A DNA stretch of 64,000 nt from Savitreella phatthalungensis (lineage: Eukaryota), in NCBI GenBank assembly GCA_051599415.1, contig AP039698.1, positions 62,001 through 126,000 of the forward strand, written 5' to 3'. Made by a program: the position numbers and the translations under genes. Positions 44,510 to 56,032 of this stretch are shown in pieces. Below the pieces are notes generated by a model, which made no database searches, was not told where the DNA came from, and worked only from the letters and a program-made list of their open reading frames with translations. The first letter of the stretch is position 1. The number at the start of each line of letters is the position of its first letter.

Positions 44510-45830
44510 GCTGCCACGCGGGATCGATGAATCCTAAGGTTGCAGAGCGCTGGCTTGCACGTGTGTTGTATGAGGATAGAAGACGGAGACGACGCGACTC
44601 GATCGACTGATTTTCGCTTTCAGGATTGGTAAAGTGAGTGGTAGAGTCAAAGACCACCTACGTGTCAACTAAGGGCTCGCGCGCAATCAGGGCCGTATAT
44701 GGCGTTGTGTATACGTAGCTGTAGACGTTGGTGGCATGTGTATATATTGGTATTGGGGTGTTATGAACATTGCAACTGTAATTGATCGATCGATTGGCTA
44801 GCTCCAGTAGGTCAGCCCTGGTCGGTATCGTGCATAGCTTGAATTCTTAAATTAAACTCAGGACACAATGGGGATCCTATTTGAAGTTTGCCATGGTGTA
44901 CAGGTAATTTCTATTGCATCTATGAATCATTCGAGTATTCACATATAAATCCAGTTATTGTTAACTACGCATCAGGGACAATTTACCGCGGAGTTGGGTG
45001 AAAAGCGATCGATGCAATAGATCGGGTCAACTCAGATATCACTAGCTCCGGTGGCACTGGAGTATCCGAATGACTTCATCGAACATATCTTCATACCATA
45101 CCGATCGTAATTCAAGCTCACCAGGATCGTCTGCACCGGTCAATAACCACGCATACACACGGTCAGTTCTATATGGGTTCATCAGTACACGAGAAACAAG
45201 CGTGAAAGTGAATAGCGGAAAATGCAAATGCCTTGAACTACAGCCATCGATGCCTCACATATATCGATAGAATGATTGTTGTTGTTGCTTAAATTGCTGT
45301 TGGTTTCGCACTCACTCCTCTGTTCGTCCTCGCCTCCTCTCATTAATGTTCCAGTGACCTCGTATGCTCTCATGATTCTGTTGCCGATCACAAAAAGAAG
45401 AAATATCGGAAGTAAGTATGTGCTCAACGAGTGAGCTTTCAGAAGCAGCAGCAGCAGCTGGAGTTGACCTGTAGACACTGCAACTTGCCTTAAATCCGAG
45501 AACTTTCTCGTGCTCGACTTCTGACACCCTTGGCCTAGCTCTTCGAAAGAATCCAGGTCGGTTTGCCAGCTATTTTCTTTTCTTTTCTGTATCCTCATTA
45601 GTCCTCGCTCCCTCGTAACCTCACTTATGTATCCGTTGCCTCGCATGTTCGTATCCTCGCCGGGATTTATCGTTGATCCCTTGTCCTCGTCCTCGTGTGT
45701 TGTGTTATTGATAATGTGTAAGAAAATCGTCCTCGCCATGATAAGAGTGCTGATGTCAGCCGTTTGTCATTTTTGGGCAATACAAAGATCGATGCCCTGC
45801 AAATTTGGCCGTCTCATATGACTCTTGTCG

Positions 45831-45873
45831 TATCCTCATATCCTCGTATCCTCGCATCCTCGCATCCTCGCAT
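45831..45873. repeat. 8-bp tandem repeat (ATCCTCGY)x5
   Basis: tatcctcatatcctcgtatcctcgcatcctcgcatcctcgcat. Confidence 0.88.
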
Positions 45874-46153
45874 TAAATTTCTCTGACGTGGCTGACGCCA
45901 TACTCGTCTCGAGCTTGGCGTGTGCGTGTGACTGAAGTGTCACCTGGGTACCACCAATATAGGCAGCGTATATCAATACGGCGAAACCTATTGGTGGTCG
46001 AATGCAGCCGTGTTTGGCCATGACATCCATGAATCTCATGTCAAATCGACGCACAGCCAATAGAAAGTCCTCGCCAGCCTCTCCTTCTCATCCTCGCTGT
46101 TACAATCCTGAAGGACTCCTCACCTGCCTAACCTTCCTCTGTTCCATGGTCGC

Positions 46154-47161
46154 TCAAGCGTAGTGCTGCACTCCTGAAATAGGTCCCTGGTCTTGCTGGT
46201 CGATGACACGCTGCTCGGGCATCATGTGACCATCCGGAATAAACTTATCAGGATTCGGGACTTGGTGGCTCGTGCTTGATTGTGAGGAGAGATGGGAAGA
46301 CTCGTTGGACAGTTGACCATGCGGGGCTCGTGGCTGCCTTGGCTGTGAGAAATCCAGTCGTACAGGTCGTCCGCAGACAGTAACTCCGCCGACAATGCCG
46401 CCGCCAGCGCCGATCATCGGAGGGTTCTGTTCCGTCGGCTCCTTCGGCCTGCCCATCTCGACGCAACGTGCTGCAGACTCAACGTCCTCGAACTCGACAT
46501 ACGCATATCCTTTCATCTTGCCGGTGTCGTGGTACCGGGGCAGACGAACGGCGCGAATCGTTCCACAGCCTGAAAAGCTTGCAAATAGATCACGCTCCGA
46601 GGCAGCAAACGACAAGTTCCCCACAAACACTGTATTGCTCGGTTCCGATGGAGGTCGAAGGACGGGCTGACTGAAATTGGAGCCTGTGCTGGTACTCGAG
46701 TTCTGATGGATCAGGTTCGGAGGGGCTTGGTGGATGTGCCCAATGTTCCCACTCGAGCCAGACTTGTCCTGTGACAAAGGTGGTCGGCTGGAATGTTGTC
46801 CTCGGAACTGTTGTGATTGCGATGCCGAGGACGAGGACGAGCCTGCAGCATAAAGCGTTGGAGGGGCACCGCCTGCGGGGGCACGAGGTTGACTGAGATC
46901 TACGTTAATGGCAAAGCCCTCGATCTCAGTCCCGTGCATACTCAAGGCGGCGCGCGCTTCGTCATGATTAGCAAATTCGACGTAACCGAAGCCCTTTGAT
47001 CTACCCGTCATGCGGTCTCGGATAATCTTGGTTGACTGGATTGCCCCGAATCGTGCAAATTCATTAGCAAGTCTAGCTTCGTCGAGTGACCAAGCTAGTC
47101 TGCCGACGAAAATCGTCGTCTGCGCATCCTGTTGCTGCGGGTGTTGCGGCTGCTGCGACAT
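46154..47161 (-). CDS. Two-RRM RNA-binding protein related to Nsr1/Gar2 RRMs
   Basis: RRM1 IFVGRLAW...TGRSKGFGYVEF...INVDLS; RRM2 PSNTVFVGNLSF...VRLP...KGYAYVEF...GRPVRLDFS. Confidence 0.85.
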   Translation of the reverse strand: MSQQPQHPQQQDAQTTIFVGRLAWSLDEARLANEFARFGAIQSTKIIRDRMTGRSKGFGYVEFANHDEARAALSMHGTEIEGFAINVDLSQPRAPAGGAPPTLYAAGSSSSSASQSQQFRGQHSSRPPLSQDKSGSSGNIGHIHQAPPNLIHQNSSTSTGSNFSQPVLRPPSEPSNTVFVGNLSFAASERDLFASFSGCGTIRAVRLPRYHDTGKMKGYAYVEFEDVESAARCVEMGRPKEPTEQNPPMIGAGGGIVGGVTVCGRPVRLDFSQPRQPRAPHGQLSNESSHLSSQSSTSHQVPNPDKFIPDGHMMPEQRVIDQQDQGPISGVQHYA

Positions 47162-49404
47162 GACGGACGGCTGTGAGCCCCTCTTAAGCGATGTGATTTG
47201 CTGGCAGTTACTTGGCCAGCCTTGTAATTCCAGGGGACAGCGTGCAGGTGCACAGAGAAGTCGATGTCAGAACAAAGTACGGAGGATCGCTGCCGAGGGT
47301 CTGGACGCCAAGCGAAAAGAGAGAAGAGAGAGAAGAAAGGCGGAAGCACTGGACCACAAAGCTGCAGTTGTATGGGCTGTCGCGCGTGTGAGCTGCTCTC
47401 TAATATTTGTTTGTAAGAGATCGCACAAGAGAAATCGCTGTATCAGAAGCTGTCAATACACGATTAAATAGTTCTCCAGACGCAAAAAATCTTGTGAGCT
47501 TCGGAGCCTACTATGGTGTCCTCGTAGGTCAAGTACTCGAGGACGATGTGCTCGATAATGTTGAGGGCAGACTGAACAGATCAGGGGTTGAGCAAGACAG
47601 AGCAGTGTACGGCCAGCCTAGAAACCTTTGCTGTGGGAGGCGATTTACTCAGGCTGAATGACGAGGACGATCCGATCGATCGCACTTTCTTTACACACGG
47701 GCTCGAAAATTCTGGTCAACTTACTCGGTAATAGTCAGGCCGCAAATATCCTTCTACGAGGCGGCCCGCGCGAAACCGCATAGCTAGAACCTGTCAAAAT
47801 TCGCTCCTGCTGTTGGTACGACCGGCCACCTTCTTGAAAAGTCGACACCGCGACAGGTGTAGAAAAGGCTTGAAAATGTGGATTGAATGTGGCACACTTA
47901 GATCCGTGAGATTTCGTTTATGGAGTACAGAAAAGCCGATGACAGTTCGAGGCCGAGTAACCTTGGGGAGATTGAAATACTGCGAGTAACTACCTACCGT
48001 ATGCTCGAAGAAGTAAGCAGCAGCTGGAAGCGAAGACAAGGATAGGGCTTGCAATGCGTTGACCGCAGAGCTGGTCAAGCACTTCATAGACAATGGGTGA
48101 ATAGACTATCTACAGAATGATCAAGTAATACTATCAAGTACTTGAGCTCAACAAAGGGCTTCGACTTCCATGCGCGCAGCCTCGAATCGAGAGTGCTGGC
48201 GAGAGCGCGAACATGGTGGCAGCGGTAAGAATTCGCCTCAATTGCGCCACCGCCGCTGTGTATATCCATGAACAGTCAAATGTCCATCGACAAGATTTGA
48301 AACAGATTCTGGCTGTTCTAGAATCGCAGCATCCCGGAATTTCAATCAGGAAACCTATATCACCTTGCGCGTTGTGTCACTTCTCCAATCCTACGCGGGT
48401 TGTAATCAAGCTGAAAATTCGACAAAGAAATCCTCATGATTGCGTCACACCGACTTCCACGTCTCACTGGAAACAACCTTGAATACGACCACCCCACATC
48501 TATGCATATCCTCACGAGCGACGATGGTGTGCTGTGTGTAGAAATGTCGTTGTAGTCCGGTATCGAGTTTGTTCAGGCGGGTCCTGCATGTACCGTGGTC
48601 AGGCATCCCGCACGATTTGTTGTTTGGCGATCATCATGCCAACGCATACTCACGTGTGAAAGATGCTCAGGAAAAGTTGATCCCCTCCTCTGGCTAGACC
48701 ACTCCATTTTTCGAGCCGAATGCACATCTCGTCGTGTGAGCACCGCTAGAAGGATGCCCACCCGGAGCGGTGTGCCGACTGCTTTTTCGGAACCTGTATC
48801 CGATAAATGCACCTTGATTGATATAGTCTCCGCGGGTCGATCACTTGTGACAGTTCACAGCGCGCCCCTCTGAATCAGAGGAGAGCACGTTGGTCAGGTT
48901 CTGTCTTGCGTGACCGAGAACCTATCGAGCGAATCGTTATGCAAGTATCGTCTTACGTGTTCAAGGGAATTGTCTAGACTGCTTCCTCGCTCGCTCGGGA
49001 TCGGCCGGGAGTGACTGCTGCATCTAGCGCGACGGTTCGGCCACGATCCCCTGCCCGTGTTAAGAAGCCTCTTTGCACGAGAATCAGCAAGATTGAGCAC
49101 GAGAATTGGCGAGATCGAGCGGATTGCCGTTCTCGCTCGTAGGTACACTTGACCCGTGATCATCCTCGGATCACTCGGAAAAGGGATGCGCGGAGAGTGA
49201 TTCCTTATACCTGCCGCAAGTTCTCGGTGATACTCTAAATGACCTGCACCAATTGAGGTCGCGCTTGTCGGGGTAGAATAGATTAGTACATATGTCAACA
49301 TTAGATACAGTGTTCGGGCTAGTCAGTGTATCAGTCGGTGATAGAGCTAGCATTGCCCTCGCTATTAGAGATTCGATTTTCCTTGGAAGGACCTACGGCC
49401 ATTG

Positions 49405-50517
49405 TCATGCAGCACTCGGGCCATCACCAAAGTCGAGCTTTTGAGCAGGCCTGCTGGGAGATGGCATGAAGTCGTAGGTCAGTTTTGTGGGCGAGACTTT
49501 GAAGGCCGTGCCAGTGTGACCAGAGGTGTCTGGCCGGCCTCCTCGGAGAGCGCTACCTGGATGGTGCGGATTTGTCAAGGCGTTTGCGTGAGCAATCGCC
49601 TGAGAAGGACTCGGTGTGAAATTAAGAAATTCCGAAAGGTTGAAGGCCTGGCCGATCGGCGTGTTGACCTGTGAAGATCCGCGCATCGGTGGTGGAGAAG
49701 AGAACGCCTCAAGTGCACGTGCACTTGTCCGTTTGGGTCGTGCAGGCGATGGCGAGGTCGCCAAGAACAAAAGCAAGTCAGCACCTTCCTCTGTGTCCGG
49801 CTTGAAAGACGAGTGTGAGCGCGTGTGTGGCAATCCACGGCCTGCACTTAGTGGTGGCGGTGTGCTGGGTGCAAGTGGCGGGGTCATGTGTCTGGCGATC
49901 GGATGGCCGTGACCGACCCCGTGACCATGACCGTTGCTCGTCGCACTCGCGTGATATTTCAGCGGGGACGATCCCAATTCTGGCGAATCCGCCTCAAGAC
50001 TATCCGAACGATATCGTTTGAGAGGCGAGATCCGATGAGAGGGATGCCCTGAGGCGCTGCTGCCATTGGCTGCGGCTGCCGCACGAGCGATGGATTGCGA
50101 CATGACTGGTCTATTTGGTGCAGGTACGTGTATCGTCGGTTCGTTATGATTGTGCGGACGTGCGCGTACAGGCAGATCAGGAACGAGGAAGTCGCGGTCG
50201 CGAGAAAGCGGACGCTGCCTTGCACCAGCCGGGTCGCTCGTGATGCTTCCAGGTGCGCTCGTGGAAGCGCTAGATTCGCGTTCAGACTTCCGCGCCGCGT
50301 CTTCCGCCTCCCTTGCCATACGCGACTCGACTGCGTTCAAGGGTAGATTCTGCCATGACCGCGAGATCTTGTGCTGGGCGATCTCAAGACGATCTTTGAG
50401 CGCGCGAGTGATTTTGCCAATTTCAGCTCGCTTGAGGATCAGTTTTGAGAGCGGAGAGTCTGTTGACTCGCCATTTGATGTCTTATCAGACTCGCTGGAT
50501 CTCGAGCCCGGCGGCAT
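49405..50517 (-). CDS. Whi5/Nrm1-family G1/S transcription repressor
   Basis: GTB-like motif RALKDRLEIAQHKISRSWQNLPLNAVE; EEGADLLLFLATSPSP; many S/T-P sites. First ATG at 50517. Confidence 0.78.
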   Translation of the reverse strand: MPPGSRSSESDKTSNGESTDSPLSKLILKRAEIGKITRALKDRLEIAQHKISRSWQNLPLNAVESRMAREAEDAARKSERESSASTSAPGSITSDPAGARQRPLSRDRDFLVPDLPVRARPHNHNEPTIHVPAPNRPVMSQSIARAAAAANGSSASGHPSHRISPLKRYRSDSLEADSPELGSSPLKYHASATSNGHGHGVGHGHPIARHMTPPLAPSTPPPLSAGRGLPHTRSHSSFKPDTEEGADLLLFLATSPSPARPKRTSARALEAFSSPPPMRGSSQVNTPIGQAFNLSEFLNFTPSPSQAIAHANALTNPHHPGSALRGGRPDTSGHTGTAFKVSPTKLTYDFMPSPSRPAQKLDFGDGPSAA

Positions 50518-50605
50518 CGTCACGGACGTCGTCTGGACGCCGACAGTGATGCTGCCCGGCGTCGTGTGTGGTGGTGCGGCGAGAATGATGGCTGAGAGGT
50601 GCTTC

Positions 50606-50641
50606 CTGGTAGAGTAGGAAAGTCAGTCTGCGCTGACTGAC
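50606..50641 (-). other. Candidate 36-nt 5'-UTR intron of the Whi5/Nrm1-like gene
   Basis: GTCAGT donor, ACTGAC branch, pyrimidine tract, CCAG acceptor; no upstream in-frame ATG. Confidence 0.45.
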
Positions 50642-50673
50642 CTCGCCGATTGTTGCGCCGATTTGAGGGAACG

Positions 50674-51149
50674 AATCGCGTTAGAAGAGCTTCAGGCCGC
50701 CCTAAACTTTCGATACCCGAGTTCGATGAAGCCTTCGAGCGCGTCTCACAAAGCGCGTCAGCGTGCGTCAATTGCGCGATCGAGACAGAAGTCGTCTACT
50801 CACGAGTCTGTTGCGTGTCGCTGAAAATGGACCAGGTCTTCAGGTATGCTGGATACGCGATGCGGCGCGCGCTCCACGATAGCTTTCGTCCAAGTGTCCC
50901 GGGACTAACTTACTGAAGAGCGAATTAGCATGCCTGGTTACCGCTTCTACCGCAGATGGGTTCTATCATTCGGAAGCCGCAATTAGCGAAAGATTTTTAA
51001 TTACAATATTCAGAGATGGCTGGCTGGCTTTTAGAATCTATGAAGGAAAAGAATGAAAAATTCCGCTCTCCAATAATCTGAACTGGGTCAATCGCGAAAA
51101 ACTTTTTCATTCTGCATCCTTCCTTTCTAAATTACATTCAAAGACGCGT
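50674..51149 (-). promoter_or_regulatory. MCB/SCB-like CGCG element cluster
   Basis: ACGCGT 51144-51149, CGCGAAA 51093-51099, several ACGCG/CGCGT cores at 50674-50870. Confidence 0.5.
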
Positions 51150-51213
51150 CTGTAATCAACGACTCACCTCACGTTAATTCCCCACCTGCTCACCTCTGTG
51201 CATTTTTTCTCCA

Positions 51214-51277
51214 TCTCTCTCTCTCACTCTCTCTCTTTCTCTCTCTCACTCTCTCTCTTTCTCTCTCTCACTCTCTC
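51214..51277. repeat. CT-rich compound microsatellite (~22-nt unit x3)
   Basis: (CTCTCTCTCACTCTCTCTCTTT)n. Confidence 0.9.
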
Positions 51278-51629
51278 TGAACTCCAGACAGGGAGTCCAA
51301 GCCATATATCCCATCAGGGCTAGGTGAAATGGCTCCGGAAGCATATGTGCCACGATGCCTCATAATTGGATCATGTGCACGGAGCAAAGTGGGCTTTCAT
51401 CAATCATCAATCGTCAGATGTATGCAGCTGATCTACACATGCCAAACTCGGCATTCATGCCAGTGACCATGCATATCGTAACCCACACCCTTCACCTGCA
51501 CCACCCCCGCTGTATCCCGGCAGAGTGGGTCAGTTTGGATGGCAGATCTGAATATAGAAACAGGCCATACTATATTGCCCATGATCGGGTGCATGCTCTA
51601 TTGCCTATACAAGCTTACGACCGGATCAC

Positions 51630-53345
51630 TCATTGTTCAGAATTGTACTTCTCCGTCAGCTCAGCCTGAACCTTGAGTGCTCGTGGCGCGTCCTTCTTAG
51701 GCATCACCACCTCCACAAGCTGAATCACTTCTGCTCGCTGGAAAGTCTCATCTGCCAACAGCTCGTCCAATTGTTGTCGTGTCTCAACCTTGTATGATCG
51801 CTGATTGCTCTCTGCTGCACCAAAGAATCGCAGGAGATTCTGGTACTGCCAGGCATTGTTGATGTCGTTGTAGGCCGCGTCCATTCCGTGGATCAATCGC
51901 TCGATTGTATACCCATCGTTATTGATGACGAAGATGATGGGTGTCAGACCATGCCTGATCATCGTAGAGATCTCTTGCACGGTCAACTGCAGTGAGCCGT
52001 CACCGACCCAAAGCATCGATCGTCGGCCTTTCTCTTTCGCCGCCACGGCAGCACCGAGCAAAGCACCCACACTATATCCAATCGAGCCCCACAGGACTTG
52101 AGACACTGCCACCACATCCGATGGGAATTTCGTGTCGAGGATACCAAAGTTGCTTGTGCCCGTCTCCGTCACAACAACATCACCCTTGCGAAGCAGCTTC
52201 TTTCCGATAGTCGGCCACAACCATGCATGCGTGATGGTGTCTTCAGGGAATTCCTCGTTTGACTCCTGCATTTTGTTCTCGAAGCTCGGCGCTTCTGCCT
52301 TCGAGGTCGCGCTGCTTTTCAGCTTGCCCGCGTCGAGCTCGTCAATCAGTCTCCGCAATAAAGGCTTCATGCCGATATCAGGGTAGACCGCATACTTGAC
52401 CTGCGTTCGATCACTATGGAACTCGATCGTGCTCGCCCGAGAGATATGGTAGGAAAAGCTGCCAGAGTTGAAATCAGACTTGAGGGCACCAATGGACAGA
52501 ACCAGATCGGAGTCTTCGACGACTTTCTTGATGTGCGGCTGCGTGACATCACCAATATATACGCCACCATAGCGAGCATGAGTCTCGTCGATGGCAGATT
52601 TGCCCATCGGCGTACTGAATCCGGGGATATTGGTCTTGTTCATGAGCTCCTGAACCTCGTCCACAACGCGATGCCGAATAGCGCATGCATCTGCGAGAAT
52701 GATCGGCCGCTCTGCCTTGTGCAATAGGTCGAGCACTTCCTTGACCACGAAGTCTTCGGTCTCTTTGTCGTTCTGGGGAATGCTAAGATCGATCGGTGTC
52801 TTGAGTGGCGTTCCGTCCGTCTCGCTGTAGGCGACATCGGTCGGCAGACCAATATAAACGGGACGTGCCGTGATGTAGCAATCCCGTAGTACACGGTCGA
52901 TCTCTCTAGCAGCCTGACCGTCAGGCAGGAGAAGCGCCTTGGAGTGAACGACACCGGAAGCCATCTGGGAGAAAATAGTGAAGTCTCCGTTTCCCAGAGT
53001 GTGATGAAGCAGAGCGCCAGACGACTGCGCCTTCGTCGATGGCGTGCCAACGATGTGCACAACGCCGACATGCTCGCTGTAAGACCCAGCTACGCCATTC
53101 ATCGCAGACAATTCACCGACTCCGAAGGTTGTGATCATGGCGGCAATTCCATTCTTGACGCGGGCGTAACCGTCAGCCGCATACGCTCCGTTGAGCTCGT
53201 TCGCATTACCAAGCCATTCGATGCCATCGACGCGGTCAAACTCGTCGAGGAAAGCGAGATTGAAGTCGCCGGGAACGCCGAAAACCTTTGCAACGCCTAG
53301 CTGCTGCAGACGGGTGAGCAGATAGTTCGCAACGGTAACAGACAT
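51630..53345 (-). CDS. PDC1: Pyruvate decarboxylase
   Basis: VFGVPGDFNL, NELNGAYAADGYAR, TTFGVGELSA, LLHHTLGNGDF, TPP motif GDGSLQLTVQE...NNDGYTIE. Confidence 0.96.
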   Translation of the reverse strand: MSVTVANYLLTRLQQLGVAKVFGVPGDFNLAFLDEFDRVDGIEWLGNANELNGAYAADGYARVKNGIAAMITTFGVGELSAMNGVAGSYSEHVGVVHIVGTPSTKAQSSGALLHHTLGNGDFTIFSQMASGVVHSKALLLPDGQAAREIDRVLRDCYITARPVYIGLPTDVAYSETDGTPLKTPIDLSIPQNDKETEDFVVKEVLDLLHKAERPIILADACAIRHRVVDEVQELMNKTNIPGFSTPMGKSAIDETHARYGGVYIGDVTQPHIKKVVEDSDLVLSIGALKSDFNSGSFSYHISRASTIEFHSDRTQVKYAVYPDIGMKPLLRRLIDELDAGKLKSSATSKAEAPSFENKMQESNEEFPEDTITHAWLWPTIGKKLLRKGDVVVTETGTSNFGILDTKFPSDVVAVSQVLWGSIGYSVGALLGAAVAAKEKGRRSMLWVGDGSLQLTVQEISTMIRHGLTPIIFVINNDGYTIERLIHGMDAAYNDINNAWQYQNLLRFFGAAESNQRSYKVETRQQLDELLADETFQRAEVIQLVEVVMPKKDAPRALKVQAELTEKYNSEQ

Positions 53346-53876
53346 GATCGAGATCCTTTCGTCTTATGACAGCAGCCTCAAAGATCCGAACTTGCTTTGA
53401 TACTGATGCCCGGCGGGTCTCACGGAACGATTTGCTGTAAACTGAATCTTCATGTGTTCGATCTTGATTAGTACTTATGACGTAGATGGTGAACAAAAAA
53501 AATTAGAGCAACATGAAAATACGGGCAAAAGCAAGCGAGCTGGGATGAAAGTGATCATGACACTTCGTTCGACAGGCCAGGCTGTACTCGTGACTTCATG
53601 GTGAATAGCGTAATATGAAGAGATGACGCGATGTCGCTAAATCCGTGACCCTCAGAGTCACTCGTCTGCTCGGCGGGTGAGGCGGACGAGGAGTTGCGGA
53701 ACAGTTGTCAATCGGTGTGCATTTGTGTTCACCCATGATGTTTCCGGTGATATTTTCGGAGGCACGTGCTCTTTTACCTCTTTGGCCAACACAGACAGAC
53801 TAAGTGGACAGCGTGGCTTAAAGAGGAGCCCAGCTCAAAACTCTGTGACGCCGCTTGTCATCGCGCCGCTATCAAG

Positions 53877-55445
53877 ATGCGGTTAGCGACATTGTCAGCT
53901 CTGCTGTCCGTCGTGTCAAATGCATATGCTCAGGAAGAACTCCAGCCAGTCTCAGCTCTTTTGGCAAAGGCAGACAGGCTGCTTGCCGTTGGCAAATCTG
54001 CTGATGCGCTGACGCTCTTCAGCGAGGCCATTGAGCGTGGAGAACGCGATAACTACCTCACATTCTTTAAGCGTGCGACAGCTTATCTGTCCGTTCATCG
54101 ACATGCACAGGCACTGGCTGATCTTACGGCGGCTCTTGAACTCAAGCCTGACTTCGCTGCTGCCCGCACGCAGCGTGCCAAGACTTATGCTGCCACAGCT
54201 CAGTGGGACGAGGCGCTCAGAGACAGCACCGGATTGACTGTTGTCGAGATCAAAGCAGCTCGAAAGGCTCAGCAGGCGGCAGAGGCAGCAGAAGCCAAAA
54301 ATGATTCGCACAAGTGCGTCCACGAGGCGACCCAGGCGATTAATGTGGCTTCCAGCTCGCATACACTTAGGCTTCTCCGAGCACGCTGTCAGCTGCGCTT
54401 AGGCTTTGCCGATGAGGCGATCGGCGATCTGATTCAGGCGACAAAGTTGCAGCCCACCGACAGACAGGCGCAGGTCCTCGCTGCAGCCACCTTCTTCTAT
54501 GCTCTCGACGATCCTGAACGTGCCACACAGACAATTAAGACGTGTCTACACTACGATCCGGATGACAAATTGTGTAAGCGCACATTCCGGACACATCGAC
54601 GGCTCGCGAAGCTGGTCGCAAAAGTCCAAGCCGGCGTTGATGGCCGGACATTCTCTGGAGCAAAGCGAGCGCTACGTGGTCACGGCGATGGCGAAGACAG
54701 AGAAGAAGGCGTTCTCGAGCTAGTGTATGCTGAGCGAGACAACCTGATTGCAGACAATGTCTTTTCGAGAACTTCTCATCTCGCACTGCTCCATCGTCTT
54801 GACGTGTATGCATGCGAGACATTTGCAGAAACCAAGGATTCAGGCGCGAAAGAGTACTGCGACCGAGCACTGACGACTGATCCCGACGCTGTTGGAGCCT
54901 TACGCGGTCGAGGTGTGCTTCTCATGCGGGAGGAATTGTGGGAAGAGGCGGTGAGCACACTTTCACAGGCAAACGACAAAGCCGGTGGTGGAGATCGACG
55001 TGTGCAAGAACTATTGCAGAAGGCGCAACGCCTGCTCAAGCAGTCGAAGCAGAAGGACTACTACAAAATCTTGGGCGTACCAAGAGACGCCGATGCCAAG
55101 CAGATCAAGAAGCAGTATCGCCAGCTCACTAAACTCTATCACCCGGACAAATACCGCGGTAACGACATGACGCCGGACCAAGTTGCTCGGAAGATCGAAT
55201 CCATCAACGAGGCTTACGAAGTGCTCACGGATCCAGAGCTCAAAGCGCGTTTCGACAATGGCGACGATCCGAATGCTCCACCGAACCAGAACCCCTTCGC
55301 AAACCATGGATTCGCACAGGGCTCCCCATTCGGTGGTGCTGGCGGTGCACAATTCTTCCAGCAGGCATTCGGTGGAGGCTTCCCGGGAGGTGGTTTCCAG
55401 GGTGGCGGTGGTGGACAACACTTCAAGTTCCACTTCCAACAGTAG
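53877..55445 (+). CDS. ER-lumenal TPR + J-domain co-chaperone (Jem1/DNAJC3-like)
   Basis: Signal peptide MRLATLSALLSVVSNAYA from ATG 53877; TPR repeats; KDYYKILGV...HPDK; G/F tail ending HFKFHF. Confidence 0.9.
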   Translation: MRLATLSALLSVVSNAYAQEELQPVSALLAKADRLLAVGKSADALTLFSEAIERGERDNYLTFFKRATAYLSVHRHAQALADLTAALELKPDFAAARTQRAKTYAATAQWDEALRDSTGLTVVEIKAARKAQQAAEAAEAKNDSHKCVHEATQAINVASSSHTLRLLRARCQLRLGFADEAIGDLIQATKLQPTDRQAQVLAAATFFYALDDPERATQTIKTCLHYDPDDKLCKRTFRTHRRLAKLVAKVQAGVDGRTFSGAKRALRGHGDGEDREEGVLELVYAERDNLIADNVFSRTSHLALLHRLDVYACETFAETKDSGAKEYCDRALTTDPDAVGALRGRGVLLMREELWEEAVSTLSQANDKAGGGDRRVQELLQKAQRLLKQSKQKDYYKILGVPRDADAKQIKKQYRQLTKLYHPDKYRGNDMTPDQVARKIESINEAYEVLTDPELKARFDNGDDPNAPPNQNPFANHGFAQGSPFGGAGGAQFFQQAFGGGFPGGGFQGGGGGQHFKFHFQQ

Positions 55446-56032
55446 TCTCTCTACCTCTAGACTTCAGCATATGCAAATTCATGACCATGACTCCACTGGA
55501 TCGGTCCGTTCTGACAGCCTTCCTTGTAGTGTCCTCTGTGTATCTGGTACAACTCTACCAGCCAATACGGTTCCCAATTTGTGCATTCAGGTATAGTCGT
55601 CGAGCATATCGCCACTTGCGCCATTGATTCAAACACCGCGACCGTGCGCAGCTACATCCAAAATGCATTATCAATCGGAATTAAGAATGGGAAGGATGAT
55701 AATTGAGATCAGATGAATATTATCGAAATTATATAGGTCTTTGTTAGAAATCATTCGAGCAACAAATCCAAACGCCGGTCCAGAGAACAAAGCCCGAGGT
55801 GGCACAATCGGGTGTCAGTTTCAATGAATTACAGTCGGTCGATCAATCGGCGTCATCGGTTACGCCTTCCACGGATCCTAACTATCCACATCACTCCATA
55901 CACCCTCCCTACGAACACCACAATCACATCCTAGAAACTCCGTCTATCACATATCATTACCCTAGAAGACATACAGTCTGTCCAACTGCAATCATAGGCT
56001 CTTTTACTTCAAAAACAAGTGATCCAGCGCAA

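Noticed and set aside
45182..45739. 185-aa minus-strand ORF and neighbouring 74-aa ORF (45836-46060)
   Set aside because: No recognisable domain or codon bias; partly generated by repeats. Cannot be excluded without expression data.
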